Positions 11,189-24,405 of a stretch of 64,000 nt of DNA are shown here, in pieces. The stretch lies in IMG/VR virus record IMGVR_UViG_2061766007_000738; one strand, 5' to 3'. The stretch comes from an uncultured virus (IMG/VR IMGVR_UViG_2061766007_000738) (lineage: Duplodnaviria; Heunggongvirae; Uroviricota; Caudoviricetes). A program made the translations under genes and the position numbers. Below the pieces are notes generated by a model. That model was not told the origin of the DNA. It made no database searches and worked only from the letters and a program-made list of their open reading frames with translations. Position 1 is the stretch's first letter; every line of letters starts with the position of its first letter.

Positions 11189-11890
11189 TGGAGAATAACT
11201 CCGATTGAATAGTAGTTTTTCTACAAGCCAACGCGCACTTGTCCTTACCTAGATGGCAATCGGTACACGCTATACCCGCATAGGAACAGTCCTTCTTCTT
11301 ACGAAGTTGACAGAGTTCCTTGTTCTTACGCTTCTCGCTGTCGGTGGCACTCCACCCGATGATGCTGAAAGCATCTCGATCGGTTTCACCCAAATGGACA
11401 TGCGCATACATCGAACACAGCTCCCGCGGTATCAAAACCTCCAACTCCTTGATCCTTTTACGCAGACCAATCGCACAGAAGATTTTCTTAAGTTGCCAAT
11501 AGGGCACTTTGAACACCATTATGCGACCGGCATACTGCGTAGTCATGACCAGCACCTCAAGATAGACAGAAAAATGTCCGGGAGTCTCCTCCCGGACATC
11601 NNNNNNNNNNCGCCCACGTATTCGGCAAGTCTTCCTGCAAGTCCTGCAAAGACACCTCCCGCCCTTGAAAGTTCGGGAGGTAGTGCATGATCGCCAAAGA
11701 CAATCTGAATAGATTGAACGCGTTTATCTTGAGGGGCAAAAGTTGCGAAAGCATCGCTTTCGTTGTAGCGTAAGGCACCTGACATTTATCCCGCAGGAAG
11801 ATACAAAAATCTTCACAATTCTGCGTGGTCAGTGCATTCTTACCCTGCAAGTGTGTGCGGATGACTTTCGCAACTTTTACAGCGGTCTGC

Positions 11891-12907
11891 TCAGTTCTGC
11901 GGATCGAGAAGGGAAGCGGGAGTTGTGCCTTCAGGCATTTCGACTTTCCGCAAACATTCACCATGTTCCTGCAACGTCCTATGGATTNNNNNNNNNNNNC
12001 GCATGTGCACCGCGGCAAAATCCGCAAGCACCTCCCGGTACACTTCCTCGGTTTCGGGATCACCAATGATGTAGTCTTCCTGCTCAAAGGCACGGTCGAG
12101 CATCGCCAGCGAATCAAGATTCACACGAGTGTAATAGTCCCGGATCTTCGACAGCGACAACTTAGCCTGAGACAACGCGATCTCCGCACGTTGCTTGTTC
12201 TCAGACTTGGTGTGCTTACCGTCATCCGACAGCTCCTTATTAGCAGTCTTCTTCCGATCTGCGAGAAGCGCGTCAACAACACCGGAACCCGGAGCTTCTT
12301 CGTCATAGTCAAGTTCGACATCCTCACAGGAGTTATGCACCTCATGATGCTCCACATCGATCTCGACATTTTCATCCGCATCGACATCGACGACCTCCCG
12401 AATATCAGGCGCCATCGACNNNNNNNNNNCCATCTCGGTCAACACCTTGTCGAAAGCCTCCGAACCGCGGATGCCTTCGAAGTCATTGGTCTTGAGACGG
12501 AACTTCATCTCGGAAAGAGCCTGCTCACCGAACTGCTGTTCGATGGACGGGAATCTGAGGATGAGCTTGTACGGAATATGACCAAGTTCGTCCACCTCAC
12601 CGGGTTGGAGAATCTTAGTAAGCGCACGATAACGGAACGCCGTAGCTCTCGAAATACCAATGGCTTCCGCCAACTTCTCAGTCGTCATACCATTGTACTT
12701 CTTCTCGAGCAACGTCGCATCAAATGCCATGCCGAGGTAGTACGCCGTATACAGCGCAGCCCGGTTACACGTCACCAGCACGCTCTGCAAGCATTTAATA
12801 AGCTCATCAACCGAAGCACAATCCTGAATGGGGTTGCGCTCGAGCAACAGCGACAGATTCATCTTCCGCGCAGGAAGATTGTCCGAATAGGTTTTTACTT
12901 CAAGCAT
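11891..12907 (-). CDS. Hypothetical protein with helix-turn-helix
   Basis: MTTEKLAEAIGISRATAFRY HTH pattern. Confidence 0.6.
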   Translation of the reverse strand: MLEVKTYSDNLPARKMNLSLLLERNPIQDCASVDELIKCLQSVLVTCNRAALYTAYYLGMAFDATLLEKKYNGMTTEKLAEAIGISRATAFRYRALTKILQPGEVDELGHIPYKLILRFPSIEQQFGEQALSEMKFRLKTNDFEGIRGSEAFDKVLTEMXXXXSMAPDIREVVDVDADENVEIDVEHHEVHNSCEDVELDYDEEAPGSGVVDALLADRKKTANKELSDDGKHTKSENKQRAEIALSQAKLSLSKIRDYYTRVNLDSLAMLDRAFEQEDYIIGDPETEEVYREVLADFAAVHMXXXXXIHRTLQEHGECLRKVEMPEGTTPASLLDPQN

Positions 12908-13406
12908 CGATTTTTCTTTCCGCCCACTGGCTGAGGGGCTCTATGGTTATGTTGTTTTTACCGGACTGCTGCGCCGGAATGCAGATGTAGGTGCCCTGCG
13001 TGGGAACACCGGTATTGTGCATCACCCAAACACCAAGTCGATTGAGTTTGAACAGCACCACGACTTTCCCGTTATTCTCGGGATTCATCAGCAGTCTGCC
13101 GAACTCTTTCCAGACTTTGGTGGTTCGCAGCTTCTCGCTCAAGACTTGATTAGCTTTGAGGATAGGGCTGGGGACNNNNNNNNNNNNNNNNNNNNNNNNN
13201 NNNNNNNNNNNNNNNNNNNNNNNNNNNNNNNNNNNNNNCACGGGTTTATCCACCATCTCCTTATCAATGGTGAGCCATTGATTGAGTCGCGTCGGCGTGG
13301 GGAGTTGCTTTGATAGCACCTTCAGCAATTCCTTGGCTTCGCGATACTCTTCCGCGTCCTTGATGGTCTGTTCGACACCACCAAGATGCTTGAACGGCAA
13401 GTTCAT
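12900..13406 (-). CDS. Hypothetical phage protein
   Basis: ORF track; coupled to neighbours. Confidence 0.6.
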   Translation of the reverse strand: MNLPFKHLGGVEQTIKDAEEYREAKELLKVLSKQLPTPTRLNQWLTIDKEMVDKPVXXXXXXXXXXXXXXXXXXXXXVPSPILKANQVLSEKLRTTKVWKEFGRLLMNPENNGKVVVLFKLNRLGVWVMHNTGVPTQGTYICIPAQQSGKNNITIEPLSQWAERKIDA

Positions 13407-14577
13407 TCGTCCTCATCCTCCATCTTTGCCAATTTCTTCGCATCGAAGAACCAGCCCTGATCGTAAAGCTCCTCGAGCGTTTTGTAGCGCATGATCTGAT
13501 GGATGTTTCGGAAGCGCAGAAGTCTACCCGCATCGGCGTACAGTGCCGNNNNNNNNNNNNNNNNNNNNNNNNNNNCTTCAGACCGAGGATATCGTCACTG
13601 TAGAGTCCCTTTTCCGTACACGCCTTAACCGCGCAGACATCCTGCTTCGCCAACTCGGTCTTCAATATCCGATCACTGGTGAGCAGCTCCGCATCCGCGG
13701 CATCCCAATCGATATACACTCGATCCGAATCGTCGTCCTTACCCCGATACACGATCTCGGGATAGATTTGACGACCCATCGGGCCATTAGTGTTCGATTT
13801 GGTGGTAAGCTGAAGAATGGACCGGGAGGAACCAACCTGCTCGATGCGCTTACGAGTCTTCACGAGAATTCGATAGGATTCGTAATACTTGATGGCTTTG
13901 CCGCCGCCACATCNNNNNNNNNNNNNNNNNNNNNNNNNNNNNNNNNNNNNNNNNCGAGCGTGATTGACCATCACCAGCGCCACCGGCATGTCTTGGATCA
14001 TCGACATGAAGGTGCCAAGATAGGTGCGCCAGAGCCCCGCTTCGATCGCATAGTTCCGCGCCGCAGATCCAGTGGATTCGGTAGATTCCACGGTATTCTC
14101 GGAAAGAACCCGAACGGAATCCACATCGATACACCCAAGAACAAGATTCTTCTTCCGTGTATCTTCACGGATCTGCTTGGCGAATGCGGTCATCGCGACC
14201 TGTGCGGGTTCCAGCACAGTCGTCCGAGCCTGCTGGAGACGAGCGTACTGATCCTGAAGCATACGCTTGAACAGCGGCACATTCAACTTGTTCTCGGTTT
14301 CCACCAATAGCGCGTCACCACCAAGGTCGAGGAAGAACCGCTTCAGCCAGTCGATCGCAAGAGTCGACTTGCCGTTCTTCTCCTCCCCGAACAAGTGATA
14401 CAGCCTGCTCAGCAAGAAAACATTCGAGCACAGAAGGTACTCGAGAGCGATCGAATTGAGCGGCGGACCACCGTAATAGCGATCCGCCTCCGTCATGCTC
14501 TCAATGCACACTCCTGCCTTCTCTGCCTTCTTGCGCTGGGTGGCGTTCAACGCCACCGGCTTGAATTCCAAAGGCAT
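13403..14577 (-). CDS. RecA/UvsX-like recombinase
   Basis: P-loop GEEKNGKST, IDVDSV, VNH, GGGKAIKYYES; true C-terminus in another frame after the gap. Confidence 0.85.
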
Positions 14578-14587
14578 TCGCTATTCC

Positions 14588-15835
14588 TCACTTTCCATAC
14601 TTCTTGACGATCTCGGCAACCGCGGAATCTGAACTCGACTGNNNNNNNNNNNNNNNNNNNNNNNNNNNNNNNNNNNNNNNNNNNNNNNNNNNNNNNNNNN
14701 NNNNNNNNNNNNNNNNNNNNNNNNNNNNNNGCGGAGTCACCGGCGGAACATACGCCGCAGGCTGTCCGTAGTTCATGGGGATGCTGTCGTGGTTGACCTG
14801 CGCGGCGGGCGTGGTCACGCCGAACCTCTCAGCCCACTCGGGATCCTTAAGCGCGGCATTGCGCACTTCCGGAGGAATCAGCTCGTTGTAACGGCTGTNN
14901 NNNNNNNNNNNNNNNNNNNNNNNNNNNNNNNNNNNNNNNNNNNNNAAATCGATCTGTTGCTGAACGGTCATCAGCTCCAGCATCGACGCCATATCCTGAA
15001 AAGCTCCGAGGTCTTCCCGAACCTTGGCAAAGTACTGCCCGACATCATTGGAGAAGAACTCCGCCAGCTTCTGGTTGAATTCCTGCGAATAACCGGGTTT
15101 CACCACAATAGCGGACTGATCGTTCGTCGGATCGCTCTTCGTGAACGACAGGAACGTCCCCTGCGGATGGAAGATCCCCGNNNNNNNNNNNNNNNNNTCT
15201 TTTCCGCATACTTGTTGCGCATCGCGTTCGTCGCCGATTTCTGCGAGATCAGCAGACACGCGCGCCACAGCACGCCGTTGACCGAAGACTTCGTTTCCAT
15301 GACCTTACCCTTGACACGCATCAGCGCACCCCGAATGAGAATGGACTCGGAAGCCATCTTCAAACCGATCTGACCTTTGCGGGCATTCTTAGCCCGCGCC
15401 AACGTCGGAGGACAAGGACGTCCGTCACCCTGATACTTGTCGGTCGGGATCAGCTTGTTCAGCGTCCGAACNNNNNNNNNNNNNNNNNNNNGAATACGAT
15501 CCTCATCCGCGGACTGATAATTGGCGATATCGGTGCAAAGGTCGATGAACTGCACACCGTCCTTGCCGACCCACGTCACCGTAGGAACACGGATGAAGGC
15601 GGGCGGGAAAATATTGTCTTCATAATCCCGAATCTGCTCGGCACTGAGACTCTCNNNNNNNNNNNNNNNNNNNNNNNNNNNNNNNNNNNNNNNNNNNNNN
15701 NNNNNNNNNNNNNNNNNNNNNNNNNNNNNNNNNNNNNNNNNNNNNNGCCGCGGCTTCCTTGAGGATGAAATTGGTACGCTTGAACGATCCACCGTTCGAT
15801 TCATATCCAGCATTCGGATTGTACAAACTCTGCAT
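14588..15835 (-). CDS. Replication-module protein, possibly ssDNA-binding (fragmented by gaps)
   Basis: Sits between polymerase and recombinase; function inferred from position only. Confidence 0.35.
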
Positions 15836-15854
15836 GATAATTACTCTTTCTTTG

Positions 15855-18403
15855 TTAAATTGCGACTTCAACCGGGATCAAATGTCCCTCTGCGTCAAAT
15901 GTTGGTTCGGCTGATTTAGACCATCTGGTCATGGCTTCGCCCTCTACTTTTATCAAGACCCCCGGCATCACGGATTTTACTCCGCGCACCATTAGATCTG
16001 CGTTTGTGCGATACACTTCATCCAGTGCATCGATGTCGACTTCAAAGATTAGCTCGTCATGGATAAATACGGTTATGATGAAACGTGGAGGAACACCGAG
16101 TTTCTTGGAGCGTTCNNNNNNNNNNNNNNNNNNNNNNNNNNNNNNNNNNNNNNNNNNNNNNNNNNNNNNNNNNNNNNNNNNNNNNNNNNNNNNNNCTTGA
16201 AAAGCTTAACCATTCGGTTTTCATCTTCCAAGATATTGCCCTGTTTATCCCTTAACAGCGTCTGTGGACCATTATCCGCGTATTCTACTTCCTCTTCTTC
16301 TAACCCATCTTCATCTGCCTCCTCTAATTCAGTGGCTTTGGTGCGTTCAAACGTGCTGGCAGGCACATACCCATNNNNNNNNNNNNNNNNNNNNNNNNNN
16401 NNNNNCGAATACCAGTCCTTAACGAGTTGCTCAACCTCATCTAACGTCATATCAAATCCTGCGTTACGGATATTGATATAGAACGTTCTGGCTTGCATTC
16501 CTCCGCCGAGTCCGAAGTTCGTAATTTTTGCTAGTCGTCTGGCGCTCTTACCTTTAGGATCTTCTTTATAGAACTNNNNNNNNNNNNNNNNNNNNNCTAA
16601 GTTGTAACCCTTTAATTTACCGTCACGATAGGCTGCAAACATCCCGTGCAAATCAAGATTATGATTAATTAAATCATACATTTTGCTATGCCCGAGAAAT
16701 AACTTACAGTGCTGTCCTAAAGCACAAAGTTCCTCCTGAGAGAAATCTATGGATAGCAACACTTTACCCTTCGCGGGTATGTACNNNNNNNNNNNNNNNN
16801 NNNNNNNNNNNNNNNNNNNNNNNNNNNNNNNNNNNNNNNNNTGCACTCTGCCGTCTGCTTCTACATATTTCAGCGTCACATAGGTCGAGAGCATCTTCTC
16901 AGCATGTTTGAACTTCCAATAGGACTCCAAGAACGGATCTTCGATTCCTTGGTCGTAGAACCTCCATGCTTCTTTGCCGGTGACCTGATAAACTATCAAA
17001 TCACTGACATCGATATCGCGTTGTTCGCGCTTTTCCTTCTTGGCGGCACGAGCTTCGGCAACCTTCACCTTGTTGATGTTCTTCTGAGCTGCGTCGGTAA
17101 GACGAAGTTCAAGACCCGGGTATTTTGCCTTTAGCGCCTTGACGTGATTCTGCAGAAACTTCTGCTGAGAGACGGGTTTGACGTCCTTCAACCAACCGCG
17201 GTTCAACTCATGGAGTTCTTTGAACTCTTTCTTGAGTTCTTCGTGAACTTCATCCCTGAGATAGTTGCGTTGCGGATCTCCGTTGGCTATCCGTTCTGAC
17301 GCGAGCAACGCCAGTATCTTCCAAGCATCACTACCTTTGGGTTTGGTTGCGCCCACGCCCTCCAAGCACTCGAGACATTCGATGTCTTCCATCAAGTGAT
17401 GAAGTGCTTCATCTACTTGCTGGAGCCACGGCTTCAGCTCCTTGGNNNNNNNNNNNNTCACCAGCAAATCTCGAACAGCCGCCCTGATCTCCGATATCGG
17501 AGATTTGTTCAGCACATGCCCATACGTCAGCAACGCCAAACCACGCCAAAACCACCGAGTAAAGTTTACCTGATCTCCTAGGATGGTTTCAACGTCTGTG
17601 GGTTCGATGCCGATGTTCTGACAAATGGTTTTGATGAAGTCGATACCCTTAAACCCCGTGTAATAGGTTTTTACGGGGTATCCAAAGGATTTGAGTCGTT
17701 GACCCTCCTCATCGAGAACCTTTTGCCACTCGGCTTGTTGCTGACGAACATAATCCTGATCGACGAGCATGCCGTTCTGACTGATCTCGGAGAGAACGAA
17801 CGCGGCACGAGCTTGGATGCTTTCCGTGGGCTGCCCTTGCAGGAGCTCCGCCAATTTGCAGGTCGCTATGGCGTCACATGCCATGTAGTGATACTGTTCA
17901 TCGGTGATCTGCTGCCCGCGCTTGAAGTTGAGGCGAACCGCCTCATCCTTGTCGAGTTGCACGCCAAGAAATTCCTGCGTCAGCATCTCCAACGTGAACC
18001 CCGGACGGAACCAACCCTTTGTTGAAATGCGATATGCCGGATAAGCCGCCTGAAGTTCCATCACTCGGTTCTCGCGATTCAACTCCGGGATCCAAACGTC
18101 CTTCCCCATGACCTTTTGATCAAAGGGACCGTTGAAGAACCCGAACTTGACATTAGGATTCTTCAATAGGAAAGCCAGTTGATAACGATCGAAGTTCTGC
18201 CATTCGCAGAGTTGCACCTGATTGCCGGAGCATGCTCCAAAGAGCACTAAGGGCGGCGTGGTGTAATTGTTCTGTATCAACTCGGTTTCAGTATCGATAC
18301 CGCACACCGAACCTTTACAGACCATTACATCATCACCAGGCTCCCAGAGCTCCCAATCGTAGTGCACGCCTGCGAAATCGATTTGGCCTCGCTTTTTAGC
18401 CAC
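15855..18403 (-). CDS. polA: Family A DNA polymerase with 3'-5' exonuclease
   Basis: Exo I GIDTET, Exo III YMACDA; motif A IDFSQEEL; motif B RRLAKITNFG; motif C FIHDEL in the post-gap frame. Confidence 0.92.
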
Positions 18404-19451
18404 GCGGCCACCTCCTTTCCATGCGTCTTAAGCATATCACCCGGATCTTTGCCCTCCGGAGGAAATGCCAATTTCACCGACTTGAACGCACCCTGAATTT
18501 CGAGACGCATCGCGTCCTCTCTTGCGCAGTTCAGCGCTTCAGGATCATCCAAGTCGGGAACGATAATGATGTGCTTGCCGAAGCACTGTTGGGTCAGCAG
18601 CTGGGTCTGTGCACCCGACAAGGTTTTACCAAATCGTGCTACGGCTTGTTTGCCGATCGCCCACACATCCGTAACGCCTTCCACGATGAACACGGTNNNN
18701 NNNNNNNNNAGATTGTAGAGCGCCCAAGCCTTCTTGATACCGTGCGGAAACCAATACTTCGGATAAGGTTTCAACCCGTCCGGATTCAGTTCTACGTGCC
18801 CGTCGGGTTCACCGTTCAACGGAACAAGTCGTCCCTGCCAAAACCAGTAATCGCCGTTCTGCTCGACCGGGATCACCAATATCGGATGCTGGAACTTGCC
18901 GTACCTCGNNNNNNNNNNNNNNNNNNNNNCAGATCAAATCCGCGTTTCTGCAGATAGCTCGTGACGTTGCGCGGAGTAGTAGGACTGAGCAAAGACTGCG
19001 CATCCTGCGGAAACAAGCACTGGTTCGCCAACTCGTTTCCGGTGAACTCGTCGGAAGGTTGGATCGCTTCCTCCGGGATCTCCACCATCTTACCGATAGC
19101 TTCCCGCAGGCTGTTGATGACCTTCTGCCGATGCTCCCTGTTCGCCATGCACTCTTCATTGAAACAGCGTAACAGCCTATCACTGCAGTGGTAACGACAA
19201 TTTGACTGAACAAATTCCGTGTCCCACATATGTGATACGTAGAGCCGCTGACGCGTGTCTCCGCAGAACGGACAACTGACAGCGTACTGCTCGCCGCCAC
19301 GGGTGCATGACGAAGGCAGGTCTTGTGTACGCGGAACAAACGAATATTCCGCATACACATTGACCAACCGGCAAGGTTCACCCTCGTTGATAATCTTCGG
19401 AGTTTCCCCGAAGACCTGCTTCATGGCATGATACAGCCTAGAATTCCGCAT
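18325..19451 (-). CDS. DNA primase (zinc finger + TOPRIM)
   Basis: CPFCGD...RCFNEEC; FIVEGVTD; VPDLDD; KDPGD. Confidence 0.88.
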
Positions 19452-19624
19452 CGAGGTCTTCCAGCCATTTGTTGACAGCATCGGGAACGAACGGCTTCTG
19501 AAGAAGCTTCAACATCTCCTTCGGACCGATATCCCGGTTGGTTTCGCACTCCACCGCAATCAACGCCTCATGGATCTCTGTGAGAAGTCGTGAAAGCTGT
19601 TCATCGGTGCATTGACGTATCTTT

Positions 19625-20206
19625 TCAGCGACGGTCATTTCCCACCACCTTTACTTCGTAACCCAACGCCTTGGAGATCTCATCCACAGTCATTTCCTTC
19701 ACGGAATTCTCGCGTTTCCAGATCCGCCACTTTTCGGGACGATACTCAACAAGCTCCACTAATTCACCATCCCCGAATATATTGGTACCGTCATCACTCC
19801 TATATATCTCCCCAATGCGATTATGATCAAGACACACGGCACGCTGGGTGAGCGTTTGATCGTTAATCAAATACCCCCAGATCCCGTTTTCAGCGCTATT
19901 GATGACCAGCACCCACCGACCATCGTCACAATGCACCACGTCTCCCGCCTTCAACACCGGCAGGTTATTGTTTNNNNNNNNNNNNNNNNNNNNNNNNNNN
20001 NNTCCTTTCTCTCTTGCAAACTCCTCGATCGTTGCATCATCTGCACAAAAAATGCAGTCTGAGCAGTCTATTTCGTGACACCCCCACTCACTGCCAATAG
20101 GCGCAAACTTTCCCCAGCAGCAAACCTGCCTAAGTTGTTCCGCCGTGTCACAGCAGTCCGCAGGCTCGTGATGTCTCGGAACTTTGTATCCTTTGAAGGT
20201 TTCCAT
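19625..20206 (-). CDS. Hypothetical phage protein with KEMTVDEISKALG tail
   Basis: ORF track; shared motif. Confidence 0.7.
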   Translation of the reverse strand: METFKGYKVPRHHEPADCCDTAEQLRQVCCWGKFAPIGSEWGCHEIDCSDCIFCADDATIEEFAREKGXXXXXXXXXXNNNLPVLKAGDVVHCDDGRWVLVINSAENGIWGYLINDQTLTQRAVCLDHNRIGEIYRSDDGTNIFGDGELVELVEYRPEKWRIWKRENSVKEMTVDEISKALGYEVKVVGNDRR

Positions 20207-20209
20207 TTC

Positions 20210-21683
20210 TTAATAACTCTCCTGCATAAACGCGTCGGCGCTCCCTTCCGGAGGCACATACAGCGTTTCACCTTTTGCTACTTTCTTTCCGGACACGCCG
20301 ATCAACTCGCGCATAGGTTGAAACTGCCCCTTGGCATTAAGGGCATATTCGCCTTCCTCGCACTCCGTGATCCTTGCATGTCCGCCATCGATTTTCGCCA
20401 TGAGATACTTACCGGATACCATCATCCGCGCCTTCGGCGCACCCATCCACGCTACTTGCAGCCCATCGTCGAACTTAGTTGCTGTCCCCAGTACCAAGCA
20501 AGACTCAAGATCATTGGCAAACGCCCGATACTTATCCGCATTGTTCTTACCGGGTTTGAACCCCGGCTCACGATTCTGCGCTTCGGTGTCAGTCTGGTGC
20601 AAATAGAACGCCGACATATTGTTGGCTCGGAAGAAGGTGTTCAGCGTCGCTTTAAGATCCTCCGCCTTCATATAGAATCCGGCATTGTCACTCTCGCTGC
20701 CGCGCATGAAGTCCAGCACCAGCTTACCCAACCAGTCGATAATGACGAACTGCGGAATAAACCCGGTGTCCATCACTTTCTGGATGATTTCCACGACCTC
20801 ATTGGAAGCACGATTGGTCTTAGCGGTCTTATCCGCGGTGGACACACACCGTATCCTATCCCAAACCGGCTTCAGATCTCTGATCCTTTGGATGACCGCG
20901 GGATCGATATCCTTCATACCCTTACCAATGAACGTAGACAACGGCAAGTTGGTCATATAGGAATACATACGGTTGGTAATATCACCGGAGATGGTCTGCT
21001 CGGTCTGGATCAACAGCGTGTTGTATTTCCTAATCGCCAAGTTACATTGTAACATGTTGGCTATCATGGACTTTCCACCGCCCGAAGGTCCGAGTATCCC
21101 GGTATGTTCGCCAAGCGCAATCCCACCCGCCAACAGCTTATCTATGATAGATACTCCTGTAGGCGTACGCGGTTTCTCAGTCAGCAGCTCTTCCATGTCT
21201 TCCAGCGGATTCCACACGCGGATCTCATCCTTGGGATTAGTGCGTATAGTGCCTATAGCGGAATTGTAAGCCGCGATGGCTTTCTCCATGTCCTGCATAG
21301 TCCGCGGCTGTGACACGGTTTCCTGTAGAGCACGAACCGCACGTGCTTGCAATGTCTCATCCAACAACCTGAGACAAAGCGTCTCCGTAAACATATTGGA
21401 TTCGTCCAATTGCTGCAGAAGTTCCGCATACTGCTTACGAAGCTCGGGATCACCCGGTGAAAGACGACTATAGTGCTGCGCCAACATCTTCATCAGATAC
21501 GACGGCTTGACCTGCACATCGGCTCTGATAAGAACGCTCAGCAATCCTTCCATGGAATGGCAGGCGCTTCGTTGCGTCTCCAATATCCGTTCAAAGCGAT
21601 CCACCAATGCCACATACTTCTTTCGGACNNNNNNNNNNNNNNNNNNNNNNNNCTGTGGCTTTTTCAAGTGCAAGCTGATTCAT
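20210..21683 (-). CDS. DnaB-like replicative helicase
   Basis: TGVSIIDKLLAGG, GPSGGGKS, TEQ, IIDW, HQ, KAR. Confidence 0.85.
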
Positions 21684-22214
21684 CACAAGTCCTCCCAAAG
21701 TGATGGCATAAGTTTCTGCGCATTCTCGCCATAAGCGAAGAACAGATACGGATTCGCTCGAAGCTCATTGATCGCCTTGAGGATCATGTCGTCGGAAAGC
21801 AGGAACTCCATCGACTTCTCCTGCGCGGCTATGTAGCGATAAAGCAGACTAATGGAGAGCACCGGCTGAAGTAGTAGATCGTTCAGCGGTGTTATTTCCA
21901 ATTCGGCGGCAAAATTCGCTACATCGAGTTCCGCGGTCAGCTTCGCCTCCTTTGCCATGTCAGGATATTGCCCCTGAAACGTGTCTATGTTTTCCTCCTT
22001 CAACACCGAAGTCGGATAGAACACATAGCTGATGCCCTTTTCNNNNNNNNNNNNNNNNCGGGGGCTGGCGGTGTTCCGGAACATCTACGGGACAACCCCG
22101 ATAACGGAGCGGAGCCAATTGGGAGAGCCTTTCCGAGATTTTTCTGAGATCCCAAGACGAAGGAACGCTGCCAAGCGTCAACCTGGCAGCGTTCTCAACT
22201 CTTCGTTCGAACAT
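21683..22214 (-). CDS. Hypothetical phage protein (gap-split)
   Basis: ORF fragments either side of a gap. Confidence 0.5.
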
Positions 22215-22600
22215 GACTGCCGACTACTCGACTTTGATCTTCCGCTTCTTGGTCGGTTTATCGGTGGGGAGACCGTCAGCAATGCGCCGAACACCCTCGA
22301 CAAGCCGTTCGNNNNNNNNNNNNNNNNNNNNNNNNNNNNACGATTCTCACCGTATCATCATTCTCATCGTCCGGAGACTCTCCGTCCTCCGGCAGGATCT
22401 CGCGCGCCTTCTCGCAGCGCTTGCAATCACAGGCGTCGTCGAGTTCGTCATCCTCGTCATCGAGTTCGATGTCACCCTTGCTGGCGAGCATGACTGCCCA
22501 AATAGCGTTCTCGATCTTCGGGCGGATCTCCTCGATGACCATATCCACGAACTCGCACAGCCCATCCCGTTCTTCCTTGTTGGGAAACTTGATCTTCATC

Positions 22601-23080
22601 TCAAACCCTTTCTATACTTCTCGGCAGAGTACCGACTGCCACATGAATTCCCGGTACTTTTCCAAACGCCTTCTGGGATGCGGACCACGCTACCTGCGCG
22701 TCGTCACCCCACAGCACCCCGGTGAAGGCATCGAACAAACCTTTGTTAAGGTTGTCGTTCACATCCGGCTTCGTCTCCTTGAATATCAGCCCGCCGCGCT
22801 CGATCAACTCACGATCGGGCTTACGGAACGACTTCAATGGAGCGAACACGTACACGATCTCAACCCACAACGGACCCTCAAGCGGTTTCCAACTCGGAGG
22901 AAGCTGTTTAAAGGTCTCGGACTTCACAAGCAACTTCCACTCTTTATTGGCCTTGGGTTGAAACGTCTGCACGTAGCCACCGCGAGACGCGAACCGGACA
23001 CTTTGAATAGCCTTCGGTTGAATGTCGAGACGAAACTCAACCGAAGGTTTTCGTTCTATGTTCTGCGCAATGAGCATCAC
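22601..23080 (-). CDS. rusA: RusA-like Holliday junction resolvase
   Basis: KPDVNDNLNKGLFDAFTGVLWGDDAQV signature. Confidence 0.88.
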   Translation of the reverse strand: MMLIAQNIERKPSVEFRLDIQPKAIQSVRFASRGGYVQTFQPKANKEWKLLVKSETFKQLPPSWKPLEGPLWVEIVYVFAPLKSFRKPDRELIERGGLIFKETKPDVNDNLNKGLFDAFTGVLWGDDAQVAWSASQKAFGKVPGIHVAVGTLPRSIERV

Positions 23081-23550
23081 TGCTGCTCGATGGCGTATCC
23101 GACCTTGATCATGTCGGCCGCATGCTTCTGCTCGGTAGTAAGAATGTCCACTACCAAGTTATTGACCATCGCCGCTTCCCGGCCGCCTTCTTTGGTAGNN
23201 NNNNNNNNNNNTCAATCGCACCCTGCTCGGCCTCCAGAAGTTGTTTCGCCAAGATAGCAGTATCTCTGTTATCGTCAACCTGCGGCGGGGCCGGAGTCGG
23301 ATTGAGCTGCTCGATCTCGGAAAGCGTGAACGGAAGTTCACCACCCAAGCTATCCAACAGATCGGCGATGCTTTCCGCATGTTCGAGCTCTTCGTCACGA
23401 TGCTCTTCGCACTCGGAAACCAGATAATTGCGCGCTTTGCCCAAAGCAGCGATTCGTGCCCACTCATACTGCCACGCGGCGCAGATCTCCGCGCAATAGG
23501 CGCGAACCAACATCTCAAAGATGGCCCCATCCAGCCCGGCAGCCTCTTCC
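23077..23550 (-). CDS. Ferritin/Dps-like diiron protein (start in gap)
   Basis: AYCAE..QY, EELEHA, EAEQGAI, EQKH ligand pattern. Confidence 0.7.
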
Positions 23551-23689
23551 NNNNNNNNNNNNNNNNNNNNNNNNNNNNNNNNNNNNNNNNNNNNNNNNNN
23601 NNNNNNNNNNNNNNNNNNNNNNNNNNNNNNNNNNNNNNNNNNNNNNNNNNNNNNNNNNNNNNNNNNNNNNNNNNNNNNNNNNNNNNNNG

Positions 23690-24405
23690 AGCCTTCTTCA
23701 ACGCTTCGTTGTTCACTATTCTTCAATTCCTCTTTTATTTCAGCGATGACCTTCATCGCTTCCTTGCACTGATCCTCGTCGAACTTGGCAACATGACATG
23801 CCGCCTTAGTCAGACCCATTTTTTGACGCAGTCTATAATATACCGCGTCGCGTTTAAGATTTCCAGTTTTCCAAAGCTGATCCATCTCTCCGTGGAGTTC
23901 GTGCCGGAGCTTACGGAGTGTCCCTCGTGCGACAAAACCCATTGCGGCGGNNNNNNNNNNNNNNNNNNNNNNNNNNNNNNNNGTAATACCCTACCTTGAG
24001 TTCCGTCGGCACCTTGCAGTAAGGGCACAACTCACCTTTCATAATGAGTTGTTCGGGGGTGAGTTTCCCGGAACCCGGCTTTACCTTGTAGTAATCCCGA
24101 TCCCGTTCCAAAATATCCCAACCTGCATTGAGGAACATGTGTTCCAACAGATTGAGTTCCTCCCCCGTAAGTTGCCCGGTAGGTACCGTGGCGAACACCG
24201 GCTTAGTCACGTCCGACAGATGCTGGCTGATCGCGTACAGCAAGTTCTTATAAAAAATCCGCAGCGACTTCCCCAACNNNNNNNNNNNNNNNNNNNNNNN
24301 NNNNNNNNNNNNNNNNNCGGATCGCAACATCGCGATCAGCGTTGGAACCTTATTTGCCGACAACACCACCGGTAGATTCGTCTTTCTGGGCATTGTCAGC
24401 TTCAT
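23690..24405 (-). CDS. Zinc-finger protein (DUF3268-like C-terminal domain)
   Basis: CPYC...LRKLRHELH..DQLWK...R..YYRL...CHVAKFD..QC. Confidence 0.6.
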
